Shown here one piece after another: positions 39,627 to 54,170 of a stretch of DNA of 64,000 nt. Location: positions 21,514,001-21,578,000 of the forward strand of contig CM022667.1 in NCBI GenBank assembly GCA_012295275.1, in the 5' to 3' direction. Each line of letters starts with the position of its first letter. Position 1 is the stretch's first letter. Below the pieces are notes generated by a model. It had not been told where the DNA came from. It searched no databases and saw nothing but the letters and a program-made list of their open reading frames with translations. The stretch is from Chrysomallon squamiferum (taxonomy: Eukaryota; Animalia; Mollusca). The position numbers and the translations under genes were made by a program.

Positions 39627-42068
39627 CCATTCCAATCAGTTTTTGTATAAACAAGTAAACCTTGCAGATATTTATTTATTATTGTAAAGAAATTTATATT
39701 TCTTCAGATTAATGCTTTGATAATTATATAAATATTAATTTGTTTTTCATAAAAAAAAAGTCTTTCCCTGCAACAATAATTACTGGGTTTTTTGTTTTTT
39801 TAATCAGATATTGTTAATTATCAATAAGCTTTACACTAATGCTTTAATTGGTGAAAGCATTACATTTAAAAAAAAAAAAAATATGCTCTTACTAACTTCA
39901 TGTTGATTCTCTTTTTATTAATTGATGGCTGCAATTCACTGAAACTTCATAATATTTATTAGGATTTTGAGAAAAAACTTTGTTCAACCATTACAATATT
40001 TCAGAATGAAACAAATATTAATGTTATTATCAGTGCATTAAAAATATTAAATTATGTTTATTTTTCTGATATTTGTTTTGGAACCTATCAGTATTAATTC
40101 TTGGAGTTTGTTGTGATAGAATGTTGTTGGGTTTTTTGAGATGGTATTTTAAACAAAATTAGAGATTTATGTATTTGTACATCTGTGTCATTTGTTGTTT
40201 TATGTGATACTCATTCTAATATTTAAACAGAATCAGTATTTAGATCAAATTTTAAATTGGTGTATAGAGTCATTTAATAATCCATAACAGCTACCACCCC
40301 AAAAATCTGAAGATATAAAAATTCTTATTTTATAGAAATTTTACATTATTAATTTTTTGTTCGAATTTTTACTCAAATTTTGATACAATTTTATACATTA
40401 TTTTAATTTAAAAAATATATAATGATTTCAGACCATTTTTTTAATCTGAAATTATATATTGACTTATTTGTTTAACTGACAAGAGTAAAGTACAGTAAAA
40501 TAATTTTTTAAATTATATTTTTCACTGTTAAAATTTCACTTCACAAGCTGATCATATGATTATTATTATTGTTATATAAGATTTATTTATGTAGTTACAT
40601 AATTGGCAAAGTCTAAACAACCCCAAACTGTTGAATTTGACAGAATTAAATAATATTTTGTTCAGAAGTTTAAACTGAATTTTAATAATGTATGTCTTGC
40701 CAAAATAAGAAGCATTCATTTATATATAAATCAACATTACTTTTTAACAGTGTGATATTTTCTATTTTATTATCATTTTTGTAAACTTTAAATTTTAATT
40801 CAGTGAAAAAGTTGTCCATTATAAATTGTATTTATTTATCACATTAGAAGATGCTGCACATTTTAATATTTTCAAATATGGCTGTGATAAGTTCAATATT
40901 AACTTTTTCTATGTAGCTCACAAAATAGTCGATTGTTTTAGTGGCTTTTCTTTAAACTACGTAGCAGCATTCCTTTCCTCTCATTAATATTTTAATACAC
41001 AGAGTGTATGTCAGTGTTAAGAAAGTGCATTAAAATTACATACTTTGCTTACATTTGTTTGTTCTTAATTATAGTGAGATGATTCTCAAACTGCAGGAAT
41101 CAACACAACTGTGACATCAGCCCAAACCATTTCTTTGTTTTTACACATAATACCTACATTTTGACTATACTTCATCATTATTCTCTTAGCTTAACAACAA
41201 AAGGTATTTTGGGAACAGAACAATAGTTTATGCTTCATTTAATTCCAGTATTAAAATTTGCTTGGAGTTAATAGTATATTTCAAATCACAGCAGCACTTA
41301 GGAGTATATTCTGATGGGCTTTATTACCAACTAAAAGCAAAGGAAGAAGAGAAAATTGTGTAAGAATGCACTTGTCACATCTGTAATCTACTGTTCCTAT
41401 GCCATCTTGTATATTTTTTAAATTGTGGTTGAGCAAGATATAATTTTTCTTCTTCTTTAAATTCCTGTTTAAATAAAACTATCAGTGCAGTAAATCTTCA
41501 ACCATTGCCACCAACTGGTTGACCTTCTATGCAAGGCCAGTATAACCACCACAAAATAAGCTATTACTTCTTGCAGACAGCCTTTATTAAGTTTGAGACT
41601 GGTTAACTCCAGTATATAAGTGAGCTCTGCCTGCACAACATACTATGGCTATGAAATATTGTGTTGCCTAATGCATGATACAGTGATATTTTGCTGGCCA
41701 AAACAAATGTGTTAACTGTTTGGTAAATTCCAGTGAATAATCTGGCTTGGACTTAATCAAACTGGTATTACTGATCCAGTGAACCACATTACTAATCTGT
41801 ACATCACACTCAAAAATCTCTATGTCAATAACATACTTACTGTTCAGTTTAAAGCTTTACTCATTGTATATATATGAACTTCTTGTTGGTTATAAGAAGT
41901 AAAAAATAAAGCTTAAATCAGGCTATTTTATGTATAGAATATTCTAATAAATAATGACAAAATAAAAACAACATGGATTTATTTATTTATTTTTGTTTAC
42001 AAAATCAGCACAATTCAATTCACCCTTGACCAAATATGCATTAACATGCACACACATATATATATTGC

Positions 42069-42104
42069 TACATACATACATACATACATACATACATACA
42101 TACA

Positions 42105-42134
<30 letters not shown>
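42069..42134. repeat. (CATA)n microsatellite
   Basis: Pure run. Confidence 0.95.
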
Positions 42135-42138
<4 letters not shown>

Positions 42139-43355
42139 CACAAATGTAATTATATAATTTACCATATGTGCACTTTGTCTGACTAAAAAAGGGGGAAACA
42201 AATTATCTTAAAGTCATTTTTTATTAAACTTGTACAGCCATTACACAAGAAAATCTTTATAAAACAATGTCAATTACATTGGTAAATTTTAGCCAATTAA
42301 AAACAGAAATAAAATAAACACTGAATTTAAATCATTATATTCAGTTATATCACTAATTTTCATAATGAAAAATCTGGTGGGAAACTTCTGTGGAGTAACC
42401 TGAAATTATATTCAGTTGTTTTATCTGTTATGTTTCGTGTGTATGTGTGTGTGTGTATGTGTGTGTCTGTGTGTGTGCATTTGTCTGTTTTGTGTAAAGC
42501 AGATAGAACAAAAAGAAAAAAATTGACATAAAATTGCAAACGTGTATAAAACCACAAATATACACACTAGTTATACTTCATGTGAAATGAACAAATGATA
42601 AAAGTAGTTTCTATTTTATTTTATTTTATTATTTTATTTACTGAGATCTACATACATTTTTATATATATATTTTTTTAAGTAAAATAAGTTAACTGTGCG
42701 TATATGCAATCACTTTGTTTTAAATTATAAAAATTTATTATGTATAATTAAAATTATGAAAAATTCATGTTATTCTGCAGTAACAGAACAAGCAATTTGC
42801 ATGGAAAGACTTTCTATTTCAAAGCATATGAAACACTGGCATACATTTATTTCATGTGAAAGAACACAAAACATGCTGGATTCTGCTCCACAGAAAAGGG
42901 AGACTTTTAGCCTAGTAAAACTGAGCAGACAAGTCTGAACATTATAAAACAAAACACAAAAAAGGTTGCTACTAGACATGTAAGAAGTGTATTTGCATAA
43001 CCATTTCAAACACTGAAAGCAGAAAATCACCTCCACTCTTTCATCAAACATGATGAGACATACAGCAGAAATCTTACTTTCTCCAAGTCTTGAGTTAGTG
43101 GTGAGAATGACATATTCATTGTAGCAGTATTTCTAGTACTAAAGAACTTGCAAAATCAGCAAAGTCCTCCATGAAGCTATTTTGAATGTATTTTGATTGT
43201 GACAACATCAGAACATAACAATCAACAAATCACCTGACAGAGTAAATCACTGATGTATTAAACTTTACTGAGGTATTTACTATATGAATACATCTCATAT
43301 TATTATTATAGGTCGTAAATTACATTATTAAAAAAAACAGTAATAAATAAATAAG

Positions 43356-43398
<43 letters not shown>

Positions 43399-45221
43399 AA
43401 ACATGATGAAATGAGATTGCAGAAACAAAATATAATGTCACCAGACCGGTAAATGAAACTGAGAGATACTTGCTTGCTAACACAACTGACAGTCTAATTG
43501 ACAGTTATTTTATTTTTCTTGTTTACTGCAGAATTACTCATATTTTAGACATTTTTAACTAAAAGTAATGTAAAATAAATTCTTATTCTATATATTTCAG
43601 TTTTAAAAGACATCTGAACCAGTTTGAACAAGAATATTAAACAGTTCTGAAAGACATTTATTTAAAATAGATATTATTTAGTATTTAGTAAAATTTATCT
43701 TCATATATATATATATATATATGTAATTATAAATATATATTTCCAACTTTATCACATCCTTTATCTGGAACAATTATTTTTAACCAATAATAAAATTAAA
43801 GTAAACAGAAACAATATTAATAGCTTTGTTCAGGTAATTAAAAATATCCAAGTACCTAAACATTTTAAAACAAAATGGTGGTTTCCAAATACTATCAGAT
43901 ATATGTAAACAATTTTAAATGAGACAACAATTACCCCTTATATAACAAAAAAGTACAAAATATATAATAAATACAGTGGTCTCTGTCTGAACTGGATTTA
44001 ACAAATAAGCTGTGTACAGGGTACCAGTACAGACAGAAGAAGTCAACTAGAGTTACTGACATTTGGAAAATACCAATATAATTAAAAACACAGGTCAACC
44101 AAACAACCTTTACAAATTTTCAACAACTAGAACAGTAAAACCTTGTCAAAATACGACTTGAAATATAAATATTAAATTTTAGTACAGAGCTATTTAATGA
44201 AACTTTTTATAAAACTTTTTTATATAATAAATATAAAAATTTCATGAAACATTTGAATATACAAATAACTTTTCAGATTATTCTACTTTCAGAATTTTAA
44301 TTACTAATATATAACAATTGTTTTTTTTTTTTTTAATTATCTAAATAAAGTTATTTTATCATTACTGGTATGTTAAAGAAAATGTAATTAAATATTTAAC
44401 TTGTTTTTTTTTTTATTAATAATATTAAAAATGATAAAATATTGTGATATAACAAACGAATAGACTAATTATATGTTATTGATTTACTTAACTGGCAGTT
44501 CTCTGATAAAAGCATGTAACAATCTAAATGTGTTTTAATAAGTACCAGATATTACCAATTAACAACTGGATTTGGAATAATAATAATTATTATTATGTTA
44601 AATTATAGTTGTATCCCTTAATGCAAACATGTAGTTGAAGATAAATTAATTAAATTTAATAATTATGCATACTGAAATGTTTTATTCATTGATATTTTGA
44701 GACATGCATCAAATTTTATTTATTTGATATGAGATCATATTAACATGTGAAACAATGACTAGTAATTTTCACAAATATATTTTGCAAATATAATCTCATT
44801 TTGAATTTCCCATATAATGCTAAGACTAAAAAAACAGTTAACTAATAATATTTATTTATTTTTCTATTGTGCTCATTTAGATATATAGACATTTTACTAC
44901 TGTATAATGAAATGGAAACTTGATAAATTTCACAGCATATTTGTTTATTATATGGAGTTACTTTTGAATGACTCAATGTATTAGTTAGTATTATTAATAC
45001 TGATGTACAGAAAATATATTTCCATTTTAGCCAGGTAAAATGACTGGTATAATTTTGATTTATAATTTAATTCTTCTTAACAGTCACAACAGTTTGTTAA
45101 GAAAACCTAGAAGTGAAATATAAAATTTGATTTGTAAATATGTAAATTCTTCACCATAAATTATAACTTTATATCCTTAATGCTAAAATGCATCTCTATA
45201 AAACTAGATTAAAAACTAGAT

Positions 45222-45256
<35 letters not shown>

Positions 45257-46677
45257 AATTTTAAAAATAAGTAAACATTAATATAGTAATTCATTATAAT
45301 ATACATGTAACTGAAATGTCAGAAACAAAATGCTGACAAAAAATATAATAAATAAATTTGTGATATGCTTGCTTTAACATATAGGACATGTAAGCTTGTA
45401 TGAACATACAAAACAACAGAAAATTATATTTGTTACACACTAGTAATCTCCATAATCCAATTACTACACTACTACATATTATTTGTGAGAATTTAGGCAC
45501 CATTTGTGTGGAAGAGAATATGAAGCTGTATAAAATACATGTAACTTATTAAATACTTAACTAACATGGATACATTATTAAATATACACAGTCCACTTAT
45601 TTCTGCCACCTACAAAATAATGCTACTTATAGTTTATACGAATAGACAGGTACATATAGAAATAAGCTTTGAACAAAAATGATAAATAGTTTAATTTATT
45701 TCAGTGCTTATGCAACTGTTAAATACATTTCTTATAAACTTTGGTTTTAATTGTTTTCTGTCACTGTATTTCTTATGTGAATAAAGAAAATCTACAATCT
45801 GACTTTAAATTATTTTAATTAGAATTTTGAACTGAAATTCATATTAGAGTAAAAGGAAATATGTGGCATATACACTAACCCCTACTGAAATTTCAGTATA
45901 CACACCTAGTGACAAAAAGGCACATTAACTATCATTTGTTTAAATAGAGGCAGAACCTGCATAAAAATAGAACATGTTTAATCTCTGATTTGCATGTGTT
46001 ATAACATCACATAACAACATTAAAATAAAGATCAAACAACCCAATAATACAGAAATTAGTTTCAATATAAAAAGAGAAATCAGAAATTTTGTCAGCCAAT
46101 TGTTTTAACCAAACAGGAATACTTTAAAAACGTGATAACATATTGAATCAAAATTTTTAATATTACCATAATAAAACCATAAAGACTGACCTGATATTTA
46201 AATAATACTGACACTCTGAAGTAAGATATAGGTAAATTTTTCAAATTTGATCCTCACAAACCAAGCTTCGTGCCACACATTAGCAACCAACAACATTTTT
46301 GCTGCCTCAGGTTCTGAATGTTGTTTTATCACTCTGGGGTTTTAACTAATTCATAACAAAAGGAAAAGTCAAATAAATTCATAATTACAGGCCTGTAAAG
46401 TACAGTTTAAAAAGATTTATGAAACATTTTAATACTATACAAAATTAATTATATTTGATTTATTTTAAATTTATTATAACCTAATAAATTATGTTATATT
46501 TTATTTTTTATTCCAATTTTTAGAAAATTACTACTCTTTGATTTAATACTGTCAGATTTTATTTTTGTCAAAACAAAACAATATAATAATTACATTTTGA
46601 TTTAACTCCTGTCACACATTCTGGGAGACAGGAATGAAGGCACAACTCCAGAAAACAATCACTAAATAGAAATGTCA

Positions 46678-47456
46678 TTATAAATGTGTATCAAAATCGG
46701 AATCCTCATCATCAGTGATGTCATCATCAGTGAAGTCTGTTTTTGGAACTACTACAGTTTCAACTACAATATCTTCTGGCTGGTCACTCCCATGCAGCCA
46801 CTCAGCAACGCGAGACTTCACACCTTCCTGGTAAGCCATTTCTTCCATCATTATTTCAGTTTCTAGATGTTTCTTTTTCATACTTTCCACTTGAAATGGC
46901 TGCCAGTGTTTGGGTGACTCCACTGAAGCAGCATGTCCAACTAATGATGATGATGACATTTTACCGTTGTCATCTTCCTCATCCTGTGAAGGAATGATGA
47001 CATGATGTGCTGGAGGAATGAAGCTGTGATTTGACTGAAGCATGTTGCTTGTTTTATCACCTGAACTATTTACTAGTGGTGAAGTTATTGGTTCATCATT
47101 GGCTGTGAGCTGTTCCCAAGGTGGTGGGATATCTGGAATGTTTTCATTTTTAACATCTCCATTCTGGAAGACTTCAAACACTGATGTATGGCTGTCTTTT
47201 GGGTGGACATTCACTGTGTTCTGAGGAGAGGCATATGGTGAACCAGTTTCTGTCAGGTGGTGGTATGCAGGGTTACTTGCCCATGATGGCCGAGATGACA
47301 TGATTGGGTGTTCATCATCTGGCATTGTTAAACAGGCCAATGAAAACACAGGCTCTAAGGGTGAATTACGTTTCCATGGTAACACCTTTTCTGCTTCAGT
47401 CTCGCTTTTAACCATTACTTTTTGCTCATTTATTGGTTCACAGTGAGATGATGATG
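46678..47456 (-). CDS. SLC9A: NHE last coding exon (disordered tail ending in PDZ-type motif DTHL)
   Basis: ORF 46678-47490; acceptor tctctag at 47457-58, phase 1. Confidence 0.88.
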
Positions 47457-50400
47457 CTAGAGAAATAATTAATAAAAATGACAATAACAAATCCAGATGT
47501 GAATAAAGTAAATCTGTGGTATGTTACAGTTATATAGAACACGACTGTTCATGTAATAACATGTTTTAAGACTAAAGATTATGTCTAAAGCCCATGTCTC
47601 TATCTCTATCTCTCTCTGAAACACACTTACAGAAACTGAAATATTTAGCTTATACTGGAAAAGAAAAAGATTAAAAAGAAAGTAAAGATCCTTACATATT
47701 TGTTCAGTTTCTGTATCTCCCAGTACAAACACAACTTTGTCATCACAACTCTCTGATTTCTGATCTTTGCAGTTTTCTTCTGGCACTTCATGATAAATAT
47801 AAAATAATTACTATTAATTTCATTTAGTGATGGCAACAGCAACAGCAACTAATAGTAATAAAATAGTACTAGTAATTGTAATAGTAATAGGAGTACTAGT
47901 TTTAGTAATAGTAATAATAGTAGTAATAACAAGAATAGAAGCAGTATAATAATAATAGTAGTATTGTTAGTTTTAATAGTAGCGGTGAACTTTAGTATTA
48001 GTAGTAGAAAGTTACAGTAGTTGTAGTAGTAATTGCTACAGTTGTACCAGTAATATTATTAGCAGAGTTCACAGTATTCATATATTTTTATTTTTTTATT
48101 TAACTTTATTTTTTCTATGAATATATATTTTTTTATGTATTCTCTTTCTGAAAACAAAGAAAGAAATTCTCATAATTTAAAAACAAATGGAAAACTGTTT
48201 GCTTGAAGTTTGTCTATACAGAACAGACAGCACTGTTGTATATGATGAAATAAAGAATTTTAATGCTTCAAAGTGTAATTTTTTTGTGAAGAAGAGTACA
48301 TTCCATAAATCTGAACATACATATTATGAATATTTTAATTTTTAGACCTATATACCATTTACTGAATCATTATTTTAATAAATATACCATTTACAGAATC
48401 ATGATTTTAATAAATATACAATTTACTGAATCATTATTTTAATAAATATACCATTTACTGAATCATTATTATAATAAATAAACCATTTACTTAATCATTA
48501 TTTTAATAAATATACCATTTACTGAATTATTATATTAATAAATATACCATTTACTGAATCATGATTTTAATAAATATACTATTTACTGAATCATGATTTT
48601 AATAAAGAGATTTTGTGATGTTTAATAACAATGTTTTACCTGTATCACCAACAAAGCCACTGTTGTAGAAACTGACAGTTTTGTTTTTCTCTGGTTCTAC
48701 CATTGCTCTGGGCTGGCGGCCATTATGGGTGACAGGTTTGTTTTGTAAAGATTCACTGATTATTCGTCTTACTAGCAGACGCTTCTTGTGGTGGAATGGT
48801 GGGTGATTTCTTAGTTCTGTTAGTGTGTGGTGGTTCTCTCGCACAAACTGTAAAACACAGAAATAAAATCCACTAAAATTGTTTCTAATTACATGATCAT
48901 TAGCAATTAACATTTAAACTTTGTTAAACATATTAGTCTTCTTTAGTGTGAATAAAACAAAACAGAAAGTTTTTAGATACAAATTAATAAAGTGAATTAA
49001 ATTAAAGAGAATCAAATGTCAACAAGCATTAAAAACATAATTAGCCATTACACTGTAATCAGAATCCACCCACTTTCAAGAACAAAGTTAAATTTTAAAT
49101 TGGAAATTTTGCAAATGCAAATCAAAGATGAATTTGAGAAACTTATTTCATGAGAAATTTGATCTGGTATCATCAACTGAGCACAGAACAATTAATAACA
49201 GAATATGTTTGTCAGCAAGTCTTAGACATTCACAGCAAAAACTGAAACAGGAGTATATCCCCAGTGGAAAACAATAAGTCACAAATATCAGAATGAATTA
49301 TAAAGTGCTTTATATGGAGCTCAGCAGACTGAAGTAACATGTAAAATTATAACTGATTTTTACTTTTTGAAACTGGTTTTTGTTATCTATCAAAACTACA
49401 TTCCATGAATTGTTGTTTATAAAAATAATATGTATATATATTATTTTGTTTGTATAAATCTGACAGCAATCATTCTGTCATGTCTGACACTACAGATTCT
49501 ATTATCTCAGACAAACACCTGTTACCTCCTACATAACACATACTGTGATATCTGCCACTACACAAATTATTACCCTGGCAAAACATGTATTAAATCACAT
49601 TACTGCCATCTCTGACACTGTGCCATTTATTGTCACTCTGACACTGTGCCATTTATTTCTCTGACACTGTGCCATTTATTCAGTGATCTGACACAGTATG
49701 TACTTTGGACTGACACAGTATGTACAGTGATCTGACACAGTATGTACAGTGACTTTGGACTGACACAGTATGTACAGTGATCTGACACAGTATGTACAGT
49801 GATCTGACACAGTTTGTACAGTGATCTGACACAGTATGTACAATGATCTGACACAGTTTGTACAGTGATCTGACACAGTATGTGCAATGTGTTCAGTGAT
49901 CTAACATTATAAGATTTTTTTTTTCTCCACGTCATACCTATGTGACCTCTGACACTAGTCTGAAACTGACCACTAATACAGAATCCAAACACTGTCTGGC
50001 ATATAATTAACAAGCAAAACACAATGAAGAACTCAGAAGAGATAAACAGAATCTTAAATATAGTGATCAATAAACCATTTAAGATAAGTGAAGATCAAAC
50101 ATAACCCACAGAATATGACTTGCAAGACTCTTACATTACTTGCACTTTCTGAACTCCAGCCATTACTGAGTAAACAGTGACTGACTTCAGACTCACTTTA
50201 AACTGTCAAAAATGTGTACTGGGTCAAAATGGAGATTAGTCTCAAAAACTAAAGAAAAGCAAATCTGAAGGAGATACAAATCAGTCTTTCTGTCACAAGA
50301 ACTATCATTCAGTCATTTTTTCTTTTACTCTTTCTTTGAATCAGTCTGTCAGTGCCTGCTATGCATAACACTCTCTACTCTCTCTGTCTCTGTCTCTCTT

Positions 50401-53400
50401 TCTCTCTACTCTCTCTCCATCTCTCTCACTCTCTCTACCTCTCTACTCTCTCTCTCTCTCTCTGTATCTCTCTTGATCTCTCTACTCTCTTTCTCTCTTC
50501 ATCTCCCATTCCCCCTTCCTTTATAAACAAAAAATATGTACATTTCTAATATTCTAATGAGTGTGTGTTTGTTAAGTTCCATGTATAAATGTACTGAACT
50601 GATTTTTAACATTAGTCTGCTCCACACACACATACACAGTTTCTATTAATACACAACACATCTTATAATATCAAAAAGAAAAGAAAATGAAATAACAGGC
50701 TATTTTTCATGTTCTGCTTAAACCAGTTTTCTGTTTCTGTGTTTCACTAACTGATCATGCTGAGTGCTGTACACTCCAGTGTGGTAATGTAAACAGAGAA
50801 ACTGTTATATTAGCTGCTGAACTCTCACTAACTCACTTTAACAGTATTGATTCAAACTTCTGTACGTATTACCTATTTTATGTGCATGTGAATTAATATA
50901 TGTATGTTGTACTGTAGATTATAAGAGAGAAATATAAATATGCAATGTGAGAAGACATATAGCGATACAGAAAAAGTAAGAAAGAGAAAAAGGTGTTTGT
51001 GACACTAATTACATTAATGTAATTAAATGGCTCATGCATGTGTACAAAAATGAAATACAAAACCATGTGTTTGCCTGACATTATTAATAATAGAAACAAA
51101 ACAGATTATATTATGTCACTCTCACAAATGGATTTATGCCAGCATTTCTCATTAGAATCAGCAGACTGGAAAAATTTCACAGATCAGGTTTGTCTGTCAT
51201 TTATTTTTTTATTCTTTTGTTTTTCCTTCAAGGTTTTTATTTATTTACTTATTTACTTACTTAATTACTTACTTACTTACTTTCTTACTCACTTATTTAT
51301 TTATTTATTTGTACTTTGTTTTTCTTAATAATAAAGCTAGTTATGGAATACATTAATAAATGTCAGTTTACAAAATGTGATATAATACTTACAGGTTTTC
51401 TAAACATTTCAGAAAACACAAATATATCAGAATATATACATCAGAAAAAAATAAATAAACAAAAAAGATAAAAAATAAAAAATAATAAATAAATAAAAAA
51501 TTTAACAAAGAGGAAATAGATGAGTAGCAGCAGGTGTTGTATTGAACAGGTCAGCTAGCACAACATTGACTGTAAGACTTGTAACTAACATTCTTACAAG
51601 ATTTCTTATCAGAACATTAATGGAAAGAGAAAGAGAGAGACAGAAAGAAACAATGAGACAGAGGAACTTGTAGTAGTTGTAATAGTAGCAGTAGTATAAC
51701 GAATGAACAGGGGAAACAACAAAAACAAAGATAAGAATAAATGATTACCGAAGCAGTGAGAAGCAGACAGGTCAGTGGTTGTTAACTGATGTATCTAGAC
51801 ACACAACAAGTGTGTGTTTCCTCACACACACTGAAACACACCTAGTCAGGCACACATAGTGAGAGATCCTGACTGAATGTATCAATACTACACTGGTAGC
51901 TGGTGAAGCACACCTCTGTGTTTGTATCGCAGACTCTGTGACCAGCTGCAGTCTACAGACACTGCTGGGAAAGTCTGTTTCATTGCCATGTGTAGTAAAC
52001 AGTGGTGTGTGATGACAACATGAACATCATACATGTGTTAAGTGTTATTTGAAGTAGATAAAGTACTTAAATAAATAAGTAAGTTAATAAATAAATAACA
52101 TACATACACAAGTTATTTATTTTACAAAATATCATCTTTATTCCAGTGTGTGTATCTGTTTGTTAATCTCTGTGTATGTCTGTATTGGGGTGGTGGGTGG
52201 CTGTTTGAGAACAGAGAAATAATAATCAATAAAACAACAGAAACACAAAGTTAATATAAATAATTTTAACACACAGCCAGACACACACACATACACAGAG
52301 ACAAGAAATGTAAAAGAAACTCACTTGTGACAAGATTTCTGAAAAAACATTAGTGAACATTAGTGAACACTTGCATGTTAAGAGTCTTTAACTGAATGTT
52401 TGCTGTATCAGTCAACTTGGGATTGGCAAACTATCAAGTCACTTAGAATTATTCTCTGTTGTATTCAGTACTTTAAATAATAACATAAACTGTATATTTT
52501 AATAATACCAGTGTTAGTGTATTCTGTACTTTAAATAATAATAATATAAACTGTATATATTATGTTAATAATATCAGTGTTTGGATATTCAATTTAGAAT
52601 ATACATGCATATCATTAAACTGTTAATTTAATAAATTTAGTTAATACACAGGTGTATTTTATATTAATTTAGATAATAATATTATATTAATAAAATAAAT
52701 GATAAAATGGTATGTTTTTCCTTAATTTAAATAATAAAATTAACTGCTATTTTAGAAGACTAATGTTTGATAACAAAATGAAAAAAAAATAATATTTTAC
52801 ATTTAAAATCTTCTCTATCGAGTGCAAAGCTTGCACTGATCCAGTTATCAAGCTTCGTGGGGAGGAGTCTGAAATGTTTTTACTGCTGTTTTGAAAGATA
52901 ACTCCACAGCTGTCTGACACAGACACAAGTTTACAAATGATTCCAAACTGGAATTACATCTTTCATTAAAACATCACCTATACACATACACACACAAAAT
53001 AAAATAATAAATAAATAAATAAATAAATAATAGAAATAAAACAACCCACCCAAAAAATTAAATAAATAAATAAAATGAAATATATATATATATATATATT
53101 TACAGTTTACTTAACAAAAAAGGAAATTTTCTCTCTATATACATATGTAACTGGTATAATCAGTATAATGATAATAATAATATTAAGAAGATGAAGAAGA
53201 AGGAAAAAAAAGAAGAATGATAAAATTAGATGCTAAATAGAGAACACATGAAAATTACTTATAAATTGGATACATTATCCATAACATTTGCCATGACGAA
53301 ATCCTTTAAATAAAAGCATGAAAATAAACATTTGACTATTTTTATAATCTGAATCATAGTCTTCTGTGTTTTGTTCTGTATCCATAGTAAATCTTTGTTA

Positions 53401-53671
53401 AGTCTCTACCTATAGTAATGTCTACTCATCAAATACTATTACTATGGTAAAAACTTAAAATATTTTAATGCTTGTAGCTTTGTATAATATAGTTTGAAGA
53501 TTTTAATTGTTCTAATATACTAAATTACAGAAATAGCAGCTAATGGGCATTTTAGTATTATTTAAATAATAACCATAACATTAAGAAGTATCTGTGTAGT
53601 GAAATAATCTAAATAACAATAATAATAATAATAATAAACTGTAGACATTATAAATGAAACTTATTATCATC

Positions 53672-53703
<32 letters not shown>

Positions 53704-54123
53704 ACAACAACAACAAAAGAATTATATTCTGGGACTGAACTGAAATATATATTTATTACTATAATTTGATTATGTACATGATCATCTGTACTGAGCCAAT
53801 CAAGTATTAAATTAATAAATCAATATTCCACATCCCAGTTCCCCTCATCAGATTACTACAGTGTAATTATAAAAAACATGTAATAATAACAAGCAGAACA
53901 AAATTATTTTTAAATAAATTAAAATGTGACATTATTAAGCATTATCTCTGTCATCGTCAGTGTATGTGTGTTGTGTGTGAATGTGGGTGGGTGGGTGTAT
54001 GTGTGTAGGTGGGTGTTTGTGCGTGGGTGGGTGTATGTGTGTGGGTGGGTGTTTGTGAGTAAGTGTGTGTGTATTTAAAGAATTATTAATACTTTCAAAT
54101 GTTCATGATAATACAGGATGTGT

Positions 54124-54170
<47 letters not shown>

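Noticed and set aside
47457-47490. Signal peptide at the start of ORF 46678-47490, suggesting a standalone secreted protein
   Set aside because: The hydrophobic stretch is the intron polypyrimidine tract; the ORF is the NHE last exon.
49633-50070. Cys/His-repeat ORFs (SDHCTYCV) resembling metal-binding proteins
   Set aside because: They are translations of a 22-bp intronic minisatellite whose unit is not a multiple of three.
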